NCBI GenBank assembly: GCA_963737265.1 | Contig: CAVTRY010000013.1 | Location: 230,933-294,932, forward strand | DNA length: 64,000 bases | Direction: 5' to 3' | DNA from: an uncultured delta proteobacterium | GTDB lineage: Bacteria > Myxococcota_A > Polyangia > Fen-1088 | Notes under the pieces: model-generated | Told to the model about the DNA's origin: nothing | The model's database searches: none | Seen by the model: only the letters and a program-made list of their open reading frames with translations | Shown: positions 60,179 to 64,000 of the stretch, piece by piece | Position numbering within the stretch: the first letter of the stretch is position 1 | Layout: every line of letters starts with the position of its first letter | Position numbers and translations under genes: made by a program

Positions 60179-60518
60179 TGGTCTACCTGCGACCGCTTAA
60201 CGCCTATGGGGGTCGGGGGTGAGGAATACTTGCTCCTCCGTGGCACTGGCCATCGTCTCGCGGCCACGGCTCGCCTCCCATTTGCACCCCAGCCCTGAAT
60301 GCCAATTTCTGGACACAGCTTGAGTGGCGAAACGTTCGAGCACCCCGTGGCGCGTCATTCCGAGCACGCGAATCTTGATCGCCTGCGCCTCGGCGAGCCG
60401 GGCCTTGATCACTTCACCAGAAGGTCGGGGAGTTGTTGCCGGTTCGACACACAAGATTGCGATACTAACTGCCCGTGGAACATCCGCGACGTTCGGCAAG
60501 GATCAATCTGGTGCTGCC

Positions 60519-62894
60519 ATGAGCCGCCTGGCCCAAGCATTCTCCGAACCCGTTGTCCGGTCGGTGGACAATTCGGCGCCGCCCTCCGCGGAGCGGTTGC
60601 GCGATGCCCTCGGCATGCGCGACGTAAGCGACCTCGACCGTCTGCCATTCGTGGGCGAGGACACCACCGCGGGCAGCGAAGCGGAACTGCAAGCGTCGGT
60701 CCAGGGCTGTCGGCAAACCGTGGACTTGCCTCGGGTCGTGGCGCAATCGGATTTCTTCGCCAACATCGTGCGCCGTGCGGCCGTCGGTGACACCGCGGCG
60801 CGCGCGGTGCATGCGCTCGAACGCTTTCTCGACGAGAACCGCGACGGCGTTTGGGACAACAGTTGGGTGCGTTTTCCCCGGCAACTGCTCGGACGGGCGG
60901 CGGCCGACACGCTGATGAACGATCTCTACGCAGACAAGGCCAATCCGCCCAGTGGATTGCGTAGCGATCTCACTAGTTTCCTAGCCGAGGAACGCGGCAT
61001 TGAATACGTTCGCGTCCCCATCAGCTACCTGCTCAAACTGGCCCTGGCCGACGCGGTCGCGGCCTTGCGCGAGGCGCCCGAGGCGGTTCGCAAGACCGGC
61101 CGTCGGCTGCTCGACAACTTCCTCAGCGACAACACCTCGCCCGAAACCTGCTCGTTCAACGTGGTTTCGCTGTCGCCTTCGGCGGGCGGCGGTCGGGTGC
61201 TCGCGCGCGAGGCGGGTCGACGCTTTCTTCTTACGCAATTGCTACTTGCCTACGCCAACCGACGCTACGAGCTCGAAGCCACGGGACAGAAGGCGGCTGC
61301 CTGCCACGCGCCGACTCCGCCCGTACGGCAACGCGAGCTCAACGAGCTCATCTCCGACTCCTTTTACCGCGAGGTCTTCATGAATCCCTGCCTGTCGGGC
61401 TGGGATCGCGGCGAGGAGAAACGCGCCTACATGGGCCTGTGCCACGAGGTACTCTCGCGCAGCCAACTCAACGGCGTAAAGAAGCTGCGCGACGCGGGCA
61501 TCATCTACAACAACCTCGTCGTCATGCCGAACACCTCGAACACCAGTCTTGCCAACAACGGTGTTCACGTGAGTCTAGGCAGCAGGCGCCTGACCGCTCT
61601 GGTCGCGGCAAACAACGACCGCTTCGGTCCGCGCGACGAAAAGCATTTCGGGGATCTCGCCATCAAGATCATGGAGCACTTCCTGCCGCTGTTCGTCGGC
61701 ACCTACAGCGCGGCTCCGTATCGACTGGGCTTTCGCGATCTCCACCCGGAGACCGCGCTCGGCTTTCTGCCGCACGAACTGGATTTTACCCATCTGCGCA
61801 TGCTGTGGCGTCGCTGGAAAGGCAAGGCCTCGATGCATGCCTTCGGTATGACCTTGACCCCGTGTGGACCGGCGTGGATCGATCGCGCTCTCAGCACGGT
61901 GTTCGGCCTGCGCGGGGATTGGGTGCCGGATTTTCGCCTCATCGACTATTTGGTCTTCCTGATGAGCACCCACACCAGTCCGTCGCTAAGTGGCGCCCTC
62001 GGCAACTCCGACCGCCTTAAACGAGATCTTGCCAGCATGGGCGTCTTCGACGCGCGCATGTCGCTCTACCTGCTCGTCAAGCTGCGCGAGCAAGCCGTGA
62101 TGGGATTTTCTGGCTTCGAAGGCCGCCAATACAGCCTGTTCGAGCGCTTCGCCGGCGACATGGCGCCTGCGGTCGGCCTGCAAAACCTTCTGTGTGCCCT
62201 GTCCTACCGGCTGATGGCGTCGGGCGCGGCGACACACGCCGATATTCCGGACGGCCCCACCATTGAAAGCGAACGGCGCCAAGTGGTATTCGATTGCGCC
62301 ATTGGACTGCCGACCTTCTTCGTCAACCAAGAGACGCCCAACCGATTCTTGAAAGCGATCCTCGAGCGCACCCAAGGCATTCGATCCAGTCGGCGTTACC
62401 CGGGCTACTGGCGCGTGGCGACCGACGAGTATCGTCGCGGCCTCGTGCGCTACATCCGCGAGGAAGCCGCCGACCTGGTCGAGGCGCTTGGCGTGGAGGA
62501 AACCCTGGGCGATCTCTTGCGCCGGATCGACGAACCGGAAGCACGCGCCGCCTATCGCCTGACGAGCGGTATCTTGGACCTGACCGGCGGGCGCGATCCA
62601 ATGAAGGTCGAGGCGCGCACGTTCAACCTCGCCGCTGAAGCCTACTATCGCGGGCCACTCCGCAAGGCGCAGCTTGCCGAGTCCCTGGACCTTCTGCGCG
62701 AGGAATTCACCGAGCCCATGCTCCGGTTGTGGGCTGCGCAAGGCGCTGGACTGCAATCGGTGGCCGATCCCGATGGCTACCTCGCCGCGGTCAAGAACGA
62801 CGTGGTCGAGGACCGCATCAACACCGAGGTGGTCCTACAACTCATCGGGCTTATTCTGCTCGTGACCTTGAACGCGGAGCCCACGGATGGTTGA
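60519..62894 (+). CDS. large conserved-looking protein of unknown function (about 790 aa)
   Basis: Long uninterrupted ORF with coding-like composition. Start chosen at the ATG at 60519 (the ORF is open from 60324). The stop overlaps the psd start by 8 nt. I recognise no domain or motif. Confidence 0.6.
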   Translation: MSRLAQAFSEPVVRSVDNSAPPSAERLRDALGMRDVSDLDRLPFVGEDTTAGSEAELQASVQGCRQTVDLPRVVAQSDFFANIVRRAAVGDTAARAVHALERFLDENRDGVWDNSWVRFPRQLLGRAAADTLMNDLYADKANPPSGLRSDLTSFLAEERGIEYVRVPISYLLKLALADAVAALREAPEAVRKTGRRLLDNFLSDNTSPETCSFNVVSLSPSAGGGRVLAREAGRRFLLTQLLLAYANRRYELEATGQKAAACHAPTPPVRQRELNELISDSFYREVFMNPCLSGWDRGEEKRAYMGLCHEVLSRSQLNGVKKLRDAGIIYNNLVVMPNTSNTSLANNGVHVSLGSRRLTALVAANNDRFGPRDEKHFGDLAIKIMEHFLPLFVGTYSAAPYRLGFRDLHPETALGFLPHELDFTHLRMLWRRWKGKASMHAFGMTLTPCGPAWIDRALSTVFGLRGDWVPDFRLIDYLVFLMSTHTSPSLSGALGNSDRLKRDLASMGVFDARMSLYLLVKLREQAVMGFSGFEGRQYSLFERFAGDMAPAVGLQNLLCALSYRLMASGAATHADIPDGPTIESERRQVVFDCAIGLPTFFVNQETPNRFLKAILERTQGIRSSRRYPGYWRVATDEYRRGLVRYIREEAADLVEALGVEETLGDLLRRIDEPEARAAYRLTSGILDLTGGRDPMKVEARTFNLAAEAYYRGPLRKAQLAESLDLLREEFTEPMLRLWAAQGAGLQSVADPDGYLAAVKNDVVEDRINTEVVLQLIGLILLVTLNAEPTDG

Positions 62895-63900
62895 GGCCGT
62901 CTGCCGCCATCAATACGTGGAACGGCAATCCGGGGACGTGCGCGACGAACAGCTCTTTTGGGATGGCGCGATTCGCTTTCTCTATTCGTCGGTGCGCGAA
63001 CGGGCGCCGGCGCTCTTTGCGGCCTTGACCAGCCAGCGCATGTCGTCGGTGCTGCGCTTCTTGAACTACGATCTGTTTGTCTGCCGGCGCTTCACGGGCG
63101 CCCGCCGCTTCATCGAGGCCTCCGGAATCGACCTCGGCGAGTGTTTGGACGAGCCGGAGTCGCTCGACACCCTGACCCGTATCTTCGAGCGCAGAATTCG
63201 CTACTGGGATTGCCGCCCCATGCTTGAGCGCGAATCCGTCGTCGTGTCGCCAGCGGACGCGCGCATGGTCTGTGGATCGCTGTCGAGCGAGTCGATGTTG
63301 AATATCAAAGGCAAATTCTTCGACCTCGAGGAATTGCTGGGTAACAGGGCCGATTACGCGCGCCGCTTCACCGAGGGCGATTGGGCGGTGTTCCGTTTGA
63401 CGCCGGACAAGTACCACTACAACCATGCGCCGGTGGCCGGCGTGGTGATGGATTTCTTCGAAGTGTCGGGCGCCAACCACTCGTGCAACCCCAATGCCGT
63501 GGTGGAAGTCGTGACTCCGTTTTCGAAAAATCGCCGCGCCGTCACTCTCATCGACACGGACGTTCCGCACGGCAGCGGCGTGGGCCTCGTCGCCATGATC
63601 GAAGTTGCGGCGTTGATGATTGGTGGCATCGTGCAGTGCTATTGCGACTCTCGCTACGAGAACCCACGAATCGTCGAGCGGGGCCTATTCGTCCGCCGAG
63701 GCGCGCCCAAGAGCCGCTATCGTCCAGGCGGCAGTACCGATGTACTGCTTTTCGAAGCTGGCCGGATCCGCTTTCGCGAGGATCTACTGCGCAACCAACA
63801 ACGGACGGACGTGGCGAGCCGGTTCTCGACGGGATTTGGCCACCCGCTGGCCGAAACCGACGTGCGCGTGCGCTCCGCCATCGCCGAGCAAGCTCCGTGA
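62887..63900 (+). CDS. psd: phosphatidylserine decarboxylase proenzyme (pyruvoyl-dependent, long N-terminal form)
   Basis: FRLTPDKYHYNHAPVAGVV (the DYH(R)xHxP-type motif) is present, along with the self-cleavage GST motif in RYRPGGSTDVLLFE. Confidence 0.85.
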   Translation: MVEAVCRHQYVERQSGDVRDEQLFWDGAIRFLYSSVRERAPALFAALTSQRMSSVLRFLNYDLFVCRRFTGARRFIEASGIDLGECLDEPESLDTLTRIFERRIRYWDCRPMLERESVVVSPADARMVCGSLSSESMLNIKGKFFDLEELLGNRADYARRFTEGDWAVFRLTPDKYHYNHAPVAGVVMDFFEVSGANHSCNPNAVVEVVTPFSKNRRAVTLIDTDVPHGSGVGLVAMIEVAALMIGGIVQCYCDSRYENPRIVERGLFVRRGAPKSRYRPGGSTDVLLFEAGRIRFREDLLRNQQRTDVASRFSTGFGHPLAETDVRVRSAIAEQAP

Positions 63901-64000
63901 ACGCCAACGTCGCATTTTGGACCGTTCTGGCCGTGGCGGCGATGGCGATCCTTGTATGGGGCGTTCGCGTGCTGCCGCGCGAGCATATGCAGATCCTTGC
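63897..64000 (+). CDS. membrane protein, 5' end only (runs off the window)
   Basis: The GTG overlaps the psd stop (GTGA). VNANVAFWTVLAVAAMAILVWGVRVLPREHMQILA begins with a TM helix. Identity unknown. Confidence 0.3.
   Translation, partial: MNANVAFWTVLAVAAMAILVWGVRVLPREHMQIL

Overview
High-GC (about 68-70% by eye) chromosomal segment. It is most consistent with a myxobacterium of the Sorangium/Polyangiaceae type. Evidence for that: a MYXO-CTERM-like sorting tail, a fibro-slime protein with Cys-rich repeats, and two GH5 cellulases with Gly/Ser/Ala/Thr linkers. No rRNA, tRNA or CRISPR array was seen.

The window has three parts.

(1) 1-8.5 kb, mixed genes: transketolase 3' end, DUF4105 and DUF3015 proteins, a VapBC pair, a lytic transglycosylase, a decayed MBL-fold hydrolase and an ABC-2 exporter.

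(2) 8.5-22 kb, an accessory 'junkyard':
- MITE-like elements with stuttered terminal-repeat arrays, and a solo IS21-like end.
- An intact IS21-family element inserted into hsdR with a 6-bp target duplication.
- A type I R-M locus reduced to hsdM/hsdS/hsdR fragments, plus a MntA-like nucleotidyltransferase and a degenerate PIN gene.
- A low-GC islet with a stop-interrupted SWIM/DDE transposase and a broken proteasome-like gene.

(3) 22-64 kb, mostly chromosomal genes:
- Secreted glycoside hydrolases.
- A TolC/MFP/RND efflux operon whose RND gene is split by an ISAs1-family element (10-bp duplication) and carries two frameshifts.
- A CoA-disulfide-reductase/rhodanese/ArsR sulfur cluster.
- A 1439-aa fused double-activase/dehydratase protein next to a DUF2156 gene.
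- A roughly 1470-aa SIR2-like/TPR protein.
- Porin plus glnB, RecD2, a PAS-GGDEF protein, a CheR-like methyltransferase and an AlaA-type aminotransferase.
- An operon in which an unrecognised roughly 790-aa protein is translationally coupled to phosphatidylserine decarboxylase.

A cross-cutting observation: at least 10 single-nucleotide frame disruptions and 3-4 in-frame stops occur in otherwise recognisable genes, including housekeeping ones. So either the assembly has indel errors or there is real gene decay. All family assignments come from motif recognition by eye, not from searches.
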